DNA of 51,129 nucleotides, filler included, from Sphacelaria rigidula (lineage: Eukaryota), in assembly GCA_964200075.2 (NCBI GenBank). It is 3 parts of 3 records of this genome, joined end to end, with 100 filler letters (N's around TTAATTAATTAA, not from the genome) between each part and the next. Parts side by side here need not be neighbours in the genome. Positions count along the whole stretch, not along the records: positions 1 to 16,977 come from CAXNAA020001198.1; positions 17,078 to 34,053 come from CAXNAA020001199.1; 1 more part is not named here. One strand, 5' to 3'. This document shows, piece by piece, positions 11,336-24,300 of the stretch. Position 1 is the first letter of the stretch, and each line of letters begins with the position of its first letter. A program made the translations under genes and the position numbers. The notes below the pieces were generated by a model that was not told the DNA's origin, did not search any database, and saw only the letters and a program-made list of their open reading frames with translations.

Positions 11336-12446
11336 GATATTTTTCGGGCCTCTTGCACTCGGCGAAGTCATACATGAAAGGAGGTGGCAGTAAAAAAACT
11401 TGCATCATATCATATACAAGGTATGCGAGTAACACATCTCATTGGACCGACCCAATTTGTCTCAACAGGTCGACAACAAAATCTCCCACTTTGCAGACAG
11501 CTTCTGTAACGCGGTACAATGATTCACCCGTGTTTGTCGCAGGGCAGAGAAGGCAAGGGCGATGGACACATTGCGAAAAAGTCCCCCGTGTCTTTGTGTG
11601 GGGGTGGGGATAAAAAAAGTGGTGAATCCGGCGGTCAAGTGTTTTACAAGGGAGTCTTGTAGGTTGTTGTCTTGTAGGCTGTTGTACAAACATGTTTACT
11701 TTTGTTGCATTTGTTCTTGAAGCAAGATGGTTGAGACAAAGACAAAAACATGACCCGTCACAGCCATTGGATACACGTACAGACGACAAAGATACCGTGG
11801 AGCGCGGCCTCTGGCAAGCCGTATCAGCAGTGTTGAGTGTAGTTTCCAGAGCCCATCACCGCATGACGTAATAGAGGAGTCTTGGCAATGGGCTCATAAA
11901 ATGCAAGTGATTGATCAGTTATGCTGTGCGGGCCGGGGTCCCGGGTCTGCTCAGCCCTCACAACGCACCCTCGATTGCAGTTTGCGTATGGCGTATCTGG
12001 TTCAGCATTTCAGGATAATACCGCAGATCGAGAGGGGCGGCGATCCACGAGTGGTGGCGTCTTCGGTGTATCTCTGTAGAGGTGATGTTTGCAATTCATC
12101 ATGTTGCTCGCTGCGCTACCTTCCCGCTGCGGGCACGGCTGCAGACTGTACCCAGTCAGTCCAAGATCAACAGGGAGGAAGTGCTGAACTGGTACTCGTA
12201 CTTACTGTGCTGTCTGTGCCAACATATTGCGAACGGTGAGACGACTCTGGGTTATCAATATCCGCACTAGTATACGGACCACGAACACGTTCGACGATGA
12301 TGTGGTATTACCGCACCCGGAACTCATCCACATCACCTAGCAACTTCCTGCAATCACCTCAAGCACGATTCAAGAAGAGGTACTCAACAACGCGGGAGAG
12401 CTGGTACTCTTGGATTTTGCGGGCATGGGAAAATGTCCAGACTCAC

Positions 12447-12808
12447 TTGCTGCAGCGTGTTCTCACAGAGGCGATGCCGAAAAGCGTACACCGTAGCGAA
12501 CCCCATCCCTCCCACCACAGGAACCATCGCAACTGCACCCGCGATAGACGAAGCAGAGGGCATGGCAAACCTCGTCTGTCCTGTTTTCACAGCTTCCAGC
12601 TGTTGTCTAGCTGTGCGCAGCACGGCTTCGCCAGTTTCCACCGCTATACCAGCTACCTTCGAGACACCGCTGGTGTCCTTGGGAGAAGTGCGGACACTGC
12701 CATTGCTGTGATGTCGCGAAAGGGCACTAATGGAAGGTGGTCTTGGTACTTCAGGGCAACGTTGGCCTCGTTTATGGTGATGGTGGTGATGGTGGTGATG
12801 AGTTGTCG
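12447..12808 (-). CDS. Exon of a hypothetical protein (poly-His tract, then a hydrophobic segment AGAVAMVPVVGGMGFATVYAF)
   Basis: Inside ORF 12384-12995(-). Strong donor CAA|gtgagt; acceptor tag at 12811-12809 (alternative at 12831-12829); protein-like composition. Confidence 0.65.
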
Positions 12809-13752
12809 CTAAACCCACGCGTCTGAGCCTAGAAGCGTACATCGCGCGTATAAATTGACAGCGTGGAAGTTGCCGAGCAAATGAGGCAGGGATTTCTTGT
12901 CCTTTTTTTGTCACGTTCACAATAGTATAGCCAATATATTCAGACTTGTAGCCGAGTATTGGATGCGATTCTGAAGGCCACAAGCTGGAATACATACAAA
13001 CAAATATTCAGAGACCGCAAAACGCAAGGTAAATACACAAAACATTTGGGCAGCTGTACCATAAAATTTTGTGCAGAATCTAAATTAATTAAACTCTCGA
13101 CCGACGGAATTGGTGAAAAATAACTTGGAAATCGATACTCGTAACTAACCAAATACTCATTGCGTAACGACAGTTGTCAACGCGCTCGCAGGCGGGGACT
13201 TTTTAGAATTCAGTAGGTCTCCTGTAGTTCAGTCGGTCTTATACGGACCTATCGTAGTGTAGGTGCCCTTTTTCGTGTAGATGTTTTGTTTCTTGCCTTC
13301 GTCTGCGTGGGTACGGAAGGTATGCACGTTTCACTCTGTGATCACGGGTCCGAGATATTGAGCTATTGTGAAAGACATAAAAATAAAAATAAACCAATTG
13401 CGAAAAATTGCAAATTTGCTGAAACGCTGCGCGTTAGATAGCAGTGTGTTCCCTCGTCAGAAAGCAAGGGCGACACCATAAATATTGTCAAAGAAGCGAT
13501 TGAAGACACCGTGAAGTAATACGCAGTACGTCTTCCTTCAGTCGACGTCTCCCCTTCCTCTCTACCGAGCCGGCATCGTCGACTTCATCGTTGCAAAACG
13601 AGAGAGCGAACTTAGTAAACTTGGCTGTAGGGGTACTGACTTGGAGCGAACGGTGCTGTCTGTACAACTCTACTGCGACAAGCAGTTCATTTGTTCTATT
13701 GCCCGCTGTCTGTGAGTTTGGAGTGGATAAGCACCACACACATACTAGTACC

Positions 13753-13856
13753 ATGAGCACGCTGCAAGACTCGGGATTCTTTGCCTCCCGAAAAAGGAGA
13801 AGCGGTGTGGATGGCGGAGCTACCGCTGAAGGAGTCAACAAGCGACCATTCGCAAA
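13753..13856 (+). CDS. Candidate first exon of a divergent gene (MSTLQDSGFFASRKRRSG...PFA); possible exon 2 at 14422-14460
   Basis: accATG context, basic RKRR motif, strong donor AA|gtgagt. 14422-14460 has a pyrimidine-rich acceptor and matching phase 2. Later exons not resolved. Confidence 0.45.
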
Positions 13857-15855
13857 GTGAGTCGGTCGAGAAGGAAACATGAAACTGACAGTACAGAGTC
13901 GTTTTTGACGCGAGGAATAAGCCCCGTGATCGAAAAGATAAGAAAATCACCTTGAGGAACTCACACACGGAGTGGCGTGCAGAGAATCAGGGACAGCAGT
14001 CCAGTCCAGGATGGCGTTCATGTCTACAGCTGTGGCACTGCAGCTGACATTAGGAAGTTATTTTGTATAATAGTTGAAACTACATGTCGATAGTTGTCAT
14101 GCACACCTTTCACGATCAGCAGCACACGCTGAACAGCCAAGTTTCGTGTGAACAGCCAAGTTTCGTGTCTCCACTCCCATTTTGGCGGGAAGAACGTTTG
14201 CCGATGTAACATGTGTCATGTCTCTGGCAGCAACAAGTACAGTGTGAGGTCTGTTTTGTGCACACCATTGCGTTCGGTTAGCACTCCGAGGGCATGATGT
14301 TCGATTGCAATCTGTTCATCGTATTGCTTTGTGTGATCAGTCGCACATGGTCAACTGCCCAATTTGGAGTTGTGATGCGGCTGTTGACATTTTCTTCCTC
14401 TTGTTTATTGGTATCGTGCAGTGATCCAGTCACTACAGAGAGGAACGATGCGGTGCAGTGGTGAAACATTTACACCGTTCGTTGGTTGCACATGCATGCC
14501 CATGATACACCGCAGTACCGTACGGAATCATTTGCCGTACGGTTGTACATACGAACTTGCAGCGAGTGTGAGAGACAGAGTCGAAACGAGCAGACTTGAA
14601 ACATCATATCATCACCAACATGGTGGCACGGTACTTCGATGGTGACTGCGTAGGTACAGAAAAGGAAAGCAAAATTAGGCCCGTTCGGACATCCCCAAAT
14701 TTTGCGGGACTGGCAACGTACGTGATGACTCTCGATTCCTTTCACACTCTGGACAAATATATATGGTCCACAGTTGCAACAGACGGAAAATGTGCGGCGT
14801 GGGTAAAAGCCTATTGCAGCTATTGTGGGTAAAGTATAGGCCTACTGAAACTACTGACCATGTTTTGCCAGGGTGTGAATCCTTGCGAGCGCCACGGTGT
14901 ACGCACAGGGCAGCTCTCCGAAGTGCTGCGTCGCAGTCCGAACTCTTCGGACTTCTCCGAAAATGAAGCTTCATCACTCGGTCGGCGTGGAATTTTCCGA
15001 GTTGGTCTTAGTGTTGAGACCGAAATCCGGATCTTTATTGTGCAGCGTGCTCCTACGGAAGGTGACCTGGAGTTTGGTCGTATATCTATGGGTGAGCTTT
15101 TCGAACAAACTAGCAACAACGCTGAAACCCTCACCGCAACCCCGACCCAAGGCGTACGAGACCCTCGGGCAAGGGGGGTGCAAAGGTTCCTCTAGGCGAA
15201 CGGTGCATTGGCAGACCTGAAATCGGGGCAGCAGGCGCCGATTTCGACGAAAACACTTCCTAGACGAGCTGGGCCCACTGCTCATCTGCCCCGAACCATG
15301 AATTTTCTCAGAACTTTCTGAAGTCTAGAATCAACTAGTTATGTTGTCAACCATAGATCCACGACCAAAGCTTCAGGTCTACTGTGCTAGCGTGCGGAAA
15401 AGGCATTTTGGGCCTGCGGCGCCGATCTGAGGTATCGCAACGCACACTTTGCCAACGGAACACTTTGCACCCCCCTTGCCCCAGGGTTCTCGGTATGCAT
15501 GCGCTCTTTCAGAGAAGAAATCATGCCGCTTCGTTATCAGGGAAGTCCGACTGCAGACTCCGAAAAGTTTTGAAAAAAACTGTTTACTCCGAAAAAAACA
15601 GTGTCAATAAATTGACAATATATCATGGGCCTTACCCCCCCTCCTCTTCCCCCCATCCTCGACATCCAGGCACGGTGCCGTGCAGCCACTTTCAAATTAC
15701 TGGTTCTAGCGTAGCTGCATTTCTGCAGTACTTGTGCTTGGCCTGAAATAACGACACATAAGAGTAACCCTACTCCGTAAGAAATTACACGGCGCCCTGC
15801 ACGCGAAAAAATACCTCCACCTCCACAAGTACCACCCTCAAGAACTTCGGCCGAA

Positions 15856-16015
15856 CCCTTTTGGGATAGGACTCCCGGACACATGCTGTTTGCACGCAGG
15901 GGTCTTGTTGTGAATCGGCATTATTTCCGGTCGTTTCCAAGTAAGAATTATGCCGATTCACAAAAAGAGCGCTGCGCGCAAACACCATGCTTCTCGGAGT
16001 TCGGTCCCCAAAGGG
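15856..16015. mobile_element. Longer relative of the TTAA MITE with an internal palindrome
   Basis: cccttttggga..tccccaaaggg-TTAA termini; inner tgtgaatcggcat..atgccgattcaca. Confidence 0.7.
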
Positions 16016-16443
16016 TTAATTCTGCGCGCAACAGCCCATAAATTGGCGAAATGTATGTGTTGTACAGACAATCGTGGTCATCTTCCATCCTGGCATCTGA
16101 AACTCGATCGCCGAGAAATCTCACCTTCCACTACACGCACAAGCAGGGCTCGTTTTCAATATTAATAGCAGCTATCGTCCAAGGCTACGATTGTGCTCGC
16201 ACGTCAGCCTTGCACAGTAATGTGTCGATCCGTTGGTTGGTACGGGTTCGACTTCACCTTGGCCTTTTTCATTTGCCACAACCGTGAATCACGTTGGGAC
16301 TTTTGCATGGATGAGTAACCATCTTGGAGCCGTTTTTGATTCTTGCGGCGCGCAGCCGTACAGGTGATCCTTTCCGTTGGCCTGGCTGGTTTGCCAGGTT
16401 CCGGAATAGCGGGGTATATTCGATGAACGGAGCTCGATTTTAA

Positions 16444-16541
16444 CCCTTAAACCGCGAGGTTAGTCTTCTGTTGAATCGGCATCAATTTCAAGTGAAAAAA
16501 AGTACGCATGATCCAGAAAGACTTATCTCGCGGCCTAAGAG
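16444..16541. mobile_element. TTAA MITE copy
   Basis: TTAA at 16440-16443 and 16542-16545; core gaatcggcatcaattt..aaaagta.gc.tgatc. Confidence 0.8.
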
Positions 16542-16977
16542 TTAAGGTCCGTATAATGACTATCTAAAGAACGTTTTTCGGAAAATTTTGGGCTAGAGGT
16601 AACGCCAACGCCAACCCTAAGCCCAGCTCCAGGGAAACGAAGAAACGCTGGACAAGGGGAGCGCCAGAGGAAGGTTCTCTGGGCGAAGTGTGCGTTGGGC
16701 GGCCTCAAATTGGCGCCGAATATGACAATCGTGTTTGGTCCACGCTGGGGGCACCTGTAACTGTAAGCTCCAAGAAAGATCCAAGCGTGGGTGCTCGCGC
16801 TCAACTCAAGCACTAATATCCCCGGAAGGTTCTCGAAGCATTCTACGGACCTGTGAACCCTACATCGTATTTGATGAAGGGCTCAAGAAAATAAGCCATG
16901 GCATATAAAAATTGGCGGTGTAAGGCCGCTTCCTATAATAGACAAAAATAAAAACCCGGAAAAATGTATTTTTGGAG

Positions 16978-17077
16978 NNNNNNNNNNNNNNNNNNNNNNN
17001 NNNNNNNNNNNNNNNNNNNNNTTAATTAATTAANNNNNNNNNNNNNNNNNNNNNNNNNNNNNNNNNNNNNNNNNNNN
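16978..17077. other. Artificial contig-joining spacer (N44-TTAATTAATTAA-N44)
   Basis: Exactly 100 nt: 44 N, TTAATTAATTAA at 17022-17033 (stops in all six frames), 44 N. Identical to the second spacer. Confidence 0.98.
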
Positions 17078-18135
17078 CCGGTGTGCTCCGTCCCGGCAAT
17101 GTAGGGATGCGAGGTCAATTGTCTGATGACTATGGTATGCATGATTATAAGTACACCCCCCAAAAGCGGCTGGTTTGGGGCGGAAAAATCTATACGTCAA
17201 TCGAAATGAAAGAAGCCGAGAACAACGGGGCAGCTGGGAATTGCCAAGCATGAGTTCGTTTCCGTCAATGTCACTCATATGAGGGCTGTCTCGGGAAGTG
17301 GCAATACCAGAAAATGAAGCAACTGATTTGAGACTGTCATCCATATGCAAAATACTTTGTAGGCTTCGGGCCGAACATTCTTAGCGGGATGCAGATCACC
17401 CCTCATGCAACTCGCCGAACACATCACGGCGCTTCGCGGTTGGTGATTGCGAGCCTGGTACGGCGAGAATCTGGCGCACGCCATCCTGGCCATGTATGGA
17501 TGTGAGGTCAATGGTCTCATGAATACGGCATGCAAGATCAGGATTGCATCCCCCCGTTCCTCTCTTGAAAAAAGTAACCACCTCTTGTGCTAGTAGTACC
17601 TCAACACCTATCGACAGCTGCGTCTCTCATACATGGAAACAAATGGAAGCGAAGTGGTTAGAGAAAGGTGAGGATACAGACTCGGGTATTTGTTTTGGGT
17701 GCCTTGGAGTGAGTGATGGTGCCAAAGCCTCCCTCAAACCAGCCCCATAGCTGCCACGAGGAAAATGATCGTACAGCGCCTGACAGCTGGTGTCAGACTG
17801 CACGAGGCACCTCTCATGGAGGACATTGGCGAAAGTGATCCCAAAAGGGGAAGTATCCAGCTGCTCGGTGTTCTCTGCGTTTTTCATTTTAATTTACACA
17901 TAGATCTTGCCTCCCCAAACCAACCACTTTGTGGGGGGGGGGGCATCGCGGCATCAGTCGAGTACTCAAAAATGAAAATCCACGTTTTAGCTACCCTGCG
18001 GTATACGGTACTGCGCATACCCTGGAAGCACAAGGGACCCTGGGGGACGGTAACCTACCCCAACCACTGTTAAAAAGAACTTGTAGGCAAATTTGACAAC
18101 GTTGTAATTCTCAGAGGCGTCTCTGGGAGACTCAC

Positions 18136-18327
18136 CGGAAGAACGAGATCCGGTTCTCCGTCACCACCGTAGTAGTATAGCCGGATCTCGAAGTTGTAAC
18201 TGTCGCCGACGGGGAACAAAATGTCTACGGCCGTCACCGTGGCATACGAGTTGAGTCCGAAGCTGAGAGTACGATCCAAGGCATCGTCGGAGTCGGATTG
18301 CCACTCGAAGTTGTCCGTATCGGCCAG
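18136..18327 (-). CDS. Repeat-protein gene exon 9 (LADTDNFEWQSD...DLVLP)
   Basis: cag|CTG ... CCG|gtgagt, 192 nt, phase 0-0. Confidence 0.85.
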
Positions 18328-21300
18328 CTGAAGACGAAAGACATGTGCGAGGGGCGCGCGGGTATACGGGACACAAGAGGCGGTCCGGCGCAGGAAGTGG
18401 TGCGAGAGAGGACGCTGAGGGATGGCGCTTCTGTTATAGTACTCGATGCACAGTAGGCGCCAAGAATGACTATGCATGTGGCATTCGACATACCTGACGA
18501 TTACGATACATTCATTACTGATGTATCACTAAGTATCCCCTAAAACCCTAATTGTACGACAAGCGTGAACGTTTGCCTTCAGATGGCAATGACATTTATT
18601 CATGTACACATACGTGGAGAGAGAGAGAGAGAGAGAGGGATACAATATCACTTATATATATTGCGTATCTTCTCCTACAATCCCACTTACACGACGAGTT
18701 CGAAAATTAGCCGGACAAAATATTTGACATTGAAATGTACCCACCACACAGATCCATATATTCATGTATTTATCTAGACATCTGCATATCGTTCATCAGC
18801 TGGTCCACGACGGGAAATCGATAATATTTTTAAGCTGCAGATAGGGAGAGGCCCACACGGAGACAATCGAAACATCTGCGTACAGCAGTGACCCACCACC
18901 CACTGGCCCCCGTTATCGTACGGGGTATTGAACCAATTCACTGCGACCACGCCATCCGCCTCCGGCTCCTCCAGGAACTCCACCTACAAAAAAAGCAAAC
19001 GGCGAGTTTCACAAGAGAGGAGGAATTTTCATACACACATGCTGGTGAGGAGGTGCGGGATATATGCCGGATCGCGGGCGAAACGTTTAACGGAGTCCGG
19101 TTGCCTGGCGGAGTTGTGGCGGGTCATGTTGGAGGGTAATGAATCCCTGTTGGTCTTCCTGTCACTCGGAGCACGGTACTCCCGCGCTAAGAGGTGCATT
19201 GATTTCAGTCTCGTTTCCCGGGGAAATTATTATTACTGTATTCCAAGAATGACGATATGAGTAGCTCGCGATGCTGCCGACGGAACATAATGTTCAACGG
19301 AATCCTGTAACCTACAAAAGATTGAACGAAAAATGAGAGGGGGTGAAATGTGACCATATTTTTGCAACAAACGGATCTATGATGATACCTCATATCACAA
19401 TGCCTGCATTCGCGGGGTATGTTCGTCAGATCAATCACTTCATCCTTCGTCTTCGCAGCTTTTTCCCGGTGGTCAAGCTGATACGTACAGCAGCACCGGT
19501 GAAGGAGGACTCTTCAGTCCGAGTGCCGACATCAGAATTTTCTCCCTGGTTTCCGTCGTTCTACACCGTGAATACGGGAACTGACAAAACATGAGAAAAA
19601 TCGGCGAATAGTGACGGCCTGCGGGAGGAAGTGCTGACCCAATGCTCGATAAACAAAATTTCACGCGGGTACCGGGATAGGAATAGGTTCAAGGTTTGTC
19701 TCGAGAAGAGAACCGGGCGGGGGGGGGGGGGGCAAGGCTAAGGGTACGACGAAAAAGGAAGGGCAGTCATTTTTTTTATTTTTTTCTTATTTTTATGTTC
19801 CTTTTTTTCCTGCAGCGAGTGTTTCAGTTTGGTTGTTTGGTTACGTCTATCATGAGATCACGGCTGGGGCCCTGGGGGTCACTTAAAGTGCGACAATCAA
19901 TCAATCAAAATCAGATCACCGAAGCACGTATATAGAGAGTGACCGCCTTGGCGACATGTGTGAAGACGTGTGACAGACAGCGAGGATTTCAGCCGTGGTC
20001 ACATGGTAGACGTACCCAACAAAAACAAAGCTGAAACACTCGCTGAAGAAAAAGAAGGAACAGAAAAAAAGTCGAACATAACGACATAGTAGACTAAGAC
20101 GTGAGAAAATAAATAACTAAATAAAGTCAACAAGAAATCAAAGCACAAAAAAAAAATGACCGATCTGAAACAAAAAAAAGGAAAAGAAGAGGAAAGAAAA
20201 GAGCAAAAAAAACAAACAACGAAGGAAACAAAAAAAATCAAGTGAAGAAAGTGTTTTCATGTAGAGAATACGATCCATATGGTGGGAGATGTTGACCGGG
20301 AAAGTGCTCAACAACATTTAGATTAGTATCCCTGAACTAATTTATGCGTCTCAGATTACTCGGAACTCCGGAAACACAACCTGCAGATCGACCATTTTGA
20401 TACCTAAAAACTTATGACAAATACCAACCAAAATTGGAAAATACCATATTTGTACGCGGTTTCATTTTTCAAATTTGCGCTCCAGCGGTCAGGTCTGTTT
20501 CATCTAACAAAGTGGATCATCGAAATTGAGGATGGAACCTTTCATTGAGGGTGAGAACGCAGAGAAATAAAATCTTCGTATCCACACCAAACCTTCGAAA
20601 TGTGGTTCCATCCCTTCACCTACGGGTAGCTGTTGAGAAGTACCACACGTCATACAAGTTGTGATCTCGATAACCGAAATGTTGGGGTCCTAGGTGCAAA
20701 ATCAAGTTTGAACACGGAACGTTCGTCCGGTGCACATAATCTGAGACCGTTCTCTACGGGAAACGACGAGCGGTGCGGAGGAATGCAAAGTAGCACCGTA
20801 GGAGATCTACGTCCCAACATACGGGTTGTATCGCATTGGTGCATACCTCGGAGATGCTGATCGTATCGCCGGTTGTCTTGAAGATTCCGGAGATACGGAC
20901 GCTTTTGGTGTAGTAGTCCAAGTCGTATGTCTCGAGCTCATCAGTGTCTCCGGAGCTCACGACAAACCGCTCTATCTGCGTGTTTCGTGGATAAGTAGCA
21001 AGCGTAAAGCGCTCCGATTGCTCACACACGGCCAAGCGACGACAAAGGTACCGTCAGTAGCGAGGCCGCAGTAAGACAGCTGGGCGACGACCACAAGTCA
21101 GAATCACAACACCGTCCCTCCCCTTCATTGCAAAACGCGCCCGATTGCGAGCAGTGTCGCCAACGCACACAGCAGTGTATGTTGTGTGCTGTCATCTCAT
21201 CTATTCTGGACGCCAGTTTACACCTTTCGGTATATGTAGGGGCACCACCCGGGGTAACACAGGAGTTTCTTTGTTTTAGCTACTCCACATTTATTCTGTG

Positions 21301-24300
21301 GTGCTTACCTCATTTTTTTCATCACGAGAGGCTTTCAGCACTACCTTTTCCTTGTCGACCGTAAAATCGTTTTTGTTTGGTGTATCCACGAGGTGATCGC
21401 TCTCCACTGTCGGGCACTGTGTAAAAAACAAAAATCCCAGAGCGTGTGACTGCGCAGAGATTCGAACTCACGTCCCAACCGCCAGAAGGATCCGAGATTA
21501 CCAACCGAGCCACCGGGACGACTGGCTTGAAGTTCTTTTTTTATTTCAGGGTTACCAATGGTATACGAGTCTACTGCTGATCCCGCCTCAAATTGCCAGT
21601 CCAAACGCCGCGCCCCGGTGGCCAAGGTTGTAGGTCACCAGTCATCACTTGCGGAAGATTGCGTGGCTTCAAATCTCGACAGATACTCCTCTCCTGTATA
21701 CCGTCTGGTCGCAGTCGTCTCCACACGTGAGAACAAGAGGAGCTACAACAACGTTCGATGATAGAGTAATATTCAGGAGACAGGCGTGCTGAACCAACGC
21801 CCGGTAATAAATTATCAGGTTCTACCAGGGAACGGAATCGTCGATGCCTTGAGACTGCAAACTCTTCACGAGGGTGGGGGGCATGGGGGGGGGTGTACTC
21901 ATGGTCTTGCATGCCTCAGTCGTTTGACCATTGTCCATAAATCCCTTTTCGGACGGCGCACCGTTCCCACTCCTGATAGAGACACATCCAACGTGTGGGT
22001 GCTCATCGCGTTTCTTCCATATATTTACACGAAAACCAATTTCATATCTCAACTCGTCCCCGCCTCGCCATCTGTAGCCACCATCTATCTCCTAGTATGT
22101 CTTTCGTTTTGTCGGTACTGTTTAATTCACCAAACGATATCATGCCACCTCCGTTCGCTTTCCACATTTCTCCCTCTAATCCGTCCCATTCCTCCTTGAG
22201 TAGTTCACATTCTGCCACCGCATGAGTTTTACTCACTATTGGTTTGCCGCAGGGGCAATTCTGTGCATCTACTTCCTCCTCCACATGACTACTGGTATAC
22301 CCCTTCCTTCGTTCTGGCAGGTCCAGATCCCCAAACCGAAATCACAGTCATGCAGATATATTTTCATCCCTATCCCCTCTCTCTAACCCCCGTGTACTGT
22401 ATCTTCAGGTGCTCTTCCTCGTCCACTTTCCGTCTTTGCGCTTGTTCCCTCCCTTATTTCCATAATGCACCTCTCTATTGTCTTGTACCGCCCGCATTTG
22501 TCTATCGTCATTATCTCGTCTTGGTTTCATCTTTTGTCCTTTCATACTTTTTCGACTACGCTATCGCACCTCATTCTAGCCTGCTCTTCAGTCATTTTCT
22601 TCCATACAGCCCTCTCAACTATGGCTGGAAATCTATGTACCGGCATGCTCCTTACGCTACATTGCAATATCTATTTCTCATGTCTCTATAGGTTTCAAGT
22701 GGGTACATTTCCAATTTTGCTCTCAATACTGCATTGCTCATCGTCTTTGAGCATCCAAGGATTGTTTGAGTCGCTGCCGTCTGGACTGTTTCCAGTTCCT
22801 TGGCCAATTTCACGTTCCCCTCCAATACTTCTGCATTCGTATCCAAGCTTTCATACGATCACATTCGTCATAACACATCTTTTGATTTCAGTATGGAGGC
22901 GCAAAGTCGCTTAGAATCACGTCCATCTTGCCTATCTCCACCTTACCTTCTACATCACTTCATGTATGTGTTCATACCGAGGACTGTCTTTTTTTATCTC
23001 TACGCCAAGGTATGTATGCTGGTCTACGATCGGCAATTCCTCTTCTGCCCACCACCACTCCAACTTTACCGGGTTCTTCTTATCTACGCTGCATACAAGT
23101 ACCGCGCATATGCTCACGTTCACTGCCACTTTCCATTCCCTAGTACATGCTAGCGCCTTCTCTATTAGCTTCTGCAATCCTCCTGGTGTTTCTGATGGGG
23201 GGTGGGGGGAGGTGTACGCTTTTTTTTCTTTCCTTAGTCGTTTGACCATTGACCACGCATCACTTTTGAGACGGAGGGAGGGTGGCGGGGTAGGAGTACT
23301 CATGGCAAATAAAAAACTGACAAGGACACAAACTTAGACTGCAAGAAATACCCGTTACGATTTATCATGATTGCCAATTTTCTCACTGGGTAATGTGTTA
23401 CACTGTCCAACGACCTGGTGCATAGACTGATGTATCTCGGCGACATCTTGGTATCTAAAAGCACACGTAAATTTCGGCACCGCCGGCGCCGTAGTCTTTC
23501 AGGAATGTCTATATATTCCGGGAAGTCGCCGCGGGGACAGGGTATGATACCCGGACTCCTATGATGCAAAGAGACAAGACTTACCAAAACCCAGGAATAC
23601 CTTCTCTCTCTGTAGGAATGCATTCAGTCCAAAACATCCGTTGAGCACGTGGCAATCGTTACCTAAGCACGAGCAAGTGATGACGGCGGCCAAGGTAAAC
23701 GACAAATGATGGGATATCGCCAAGCATTCGGCCACGTCACTCTTATGAACAAGGCTGTCTGACCCTGGAGGTGTGAAGTTTTAGGAATTTTCGAGTCGAT
23801 TTTGACTGATACTCACTCTACCTCGGGTGTTTCCCGCGGAGCTCCAGTACATTTGTTTTAATTGAAGGGCACGTTTTGGACAAATGATTGATTGATTGTC
23901 GCACTTTAACTGACCCCCCAGGGGTCCAGCCGTGGTCTCATGGTAGACATACCCAAGACGAAACAAAACTGACAAACTCACTCGCTGAAGAAAAGGAAGG
24001 CACAGAAAATGAAACTCCCTTGTGATAGATATTGACACTAAGAGACATGTCCGACATCGGTGTATTCGGGACAGTTTACCTTAGTAAACCCGTCAATACC
24101 CCGTACTCGCACTACTTTGGAGTAGGTGGTACGGACTATATTCTCTGTAGTTCGAATCTCACCGCCGACCCCTTTTCGGAGGCTAGTTTTTTTATTTCCT
24201 GTTCCTCATTTTTTTCCTCAGAGCGTGTTTCAGTTTCGTTTTTTTTGGGTGCGTCTATCATGGGACCAAGGCTGGACCCCTGGGGGGTCAGCTAAAGTGC

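Noticed and set aside
17022..17033. TTAATTAATTAA as a biological palindrome or PacI site
   Set aside because: Centred in N runs and repeated identically, so it is an assembly linker.
17396..17581. Further exon of the repeat-protein gene (ETIDLTSIHG...)
   Set aside because: No convincing splice sites, and a similar segment recurs at about 17078-17145, suggesting a repeat.
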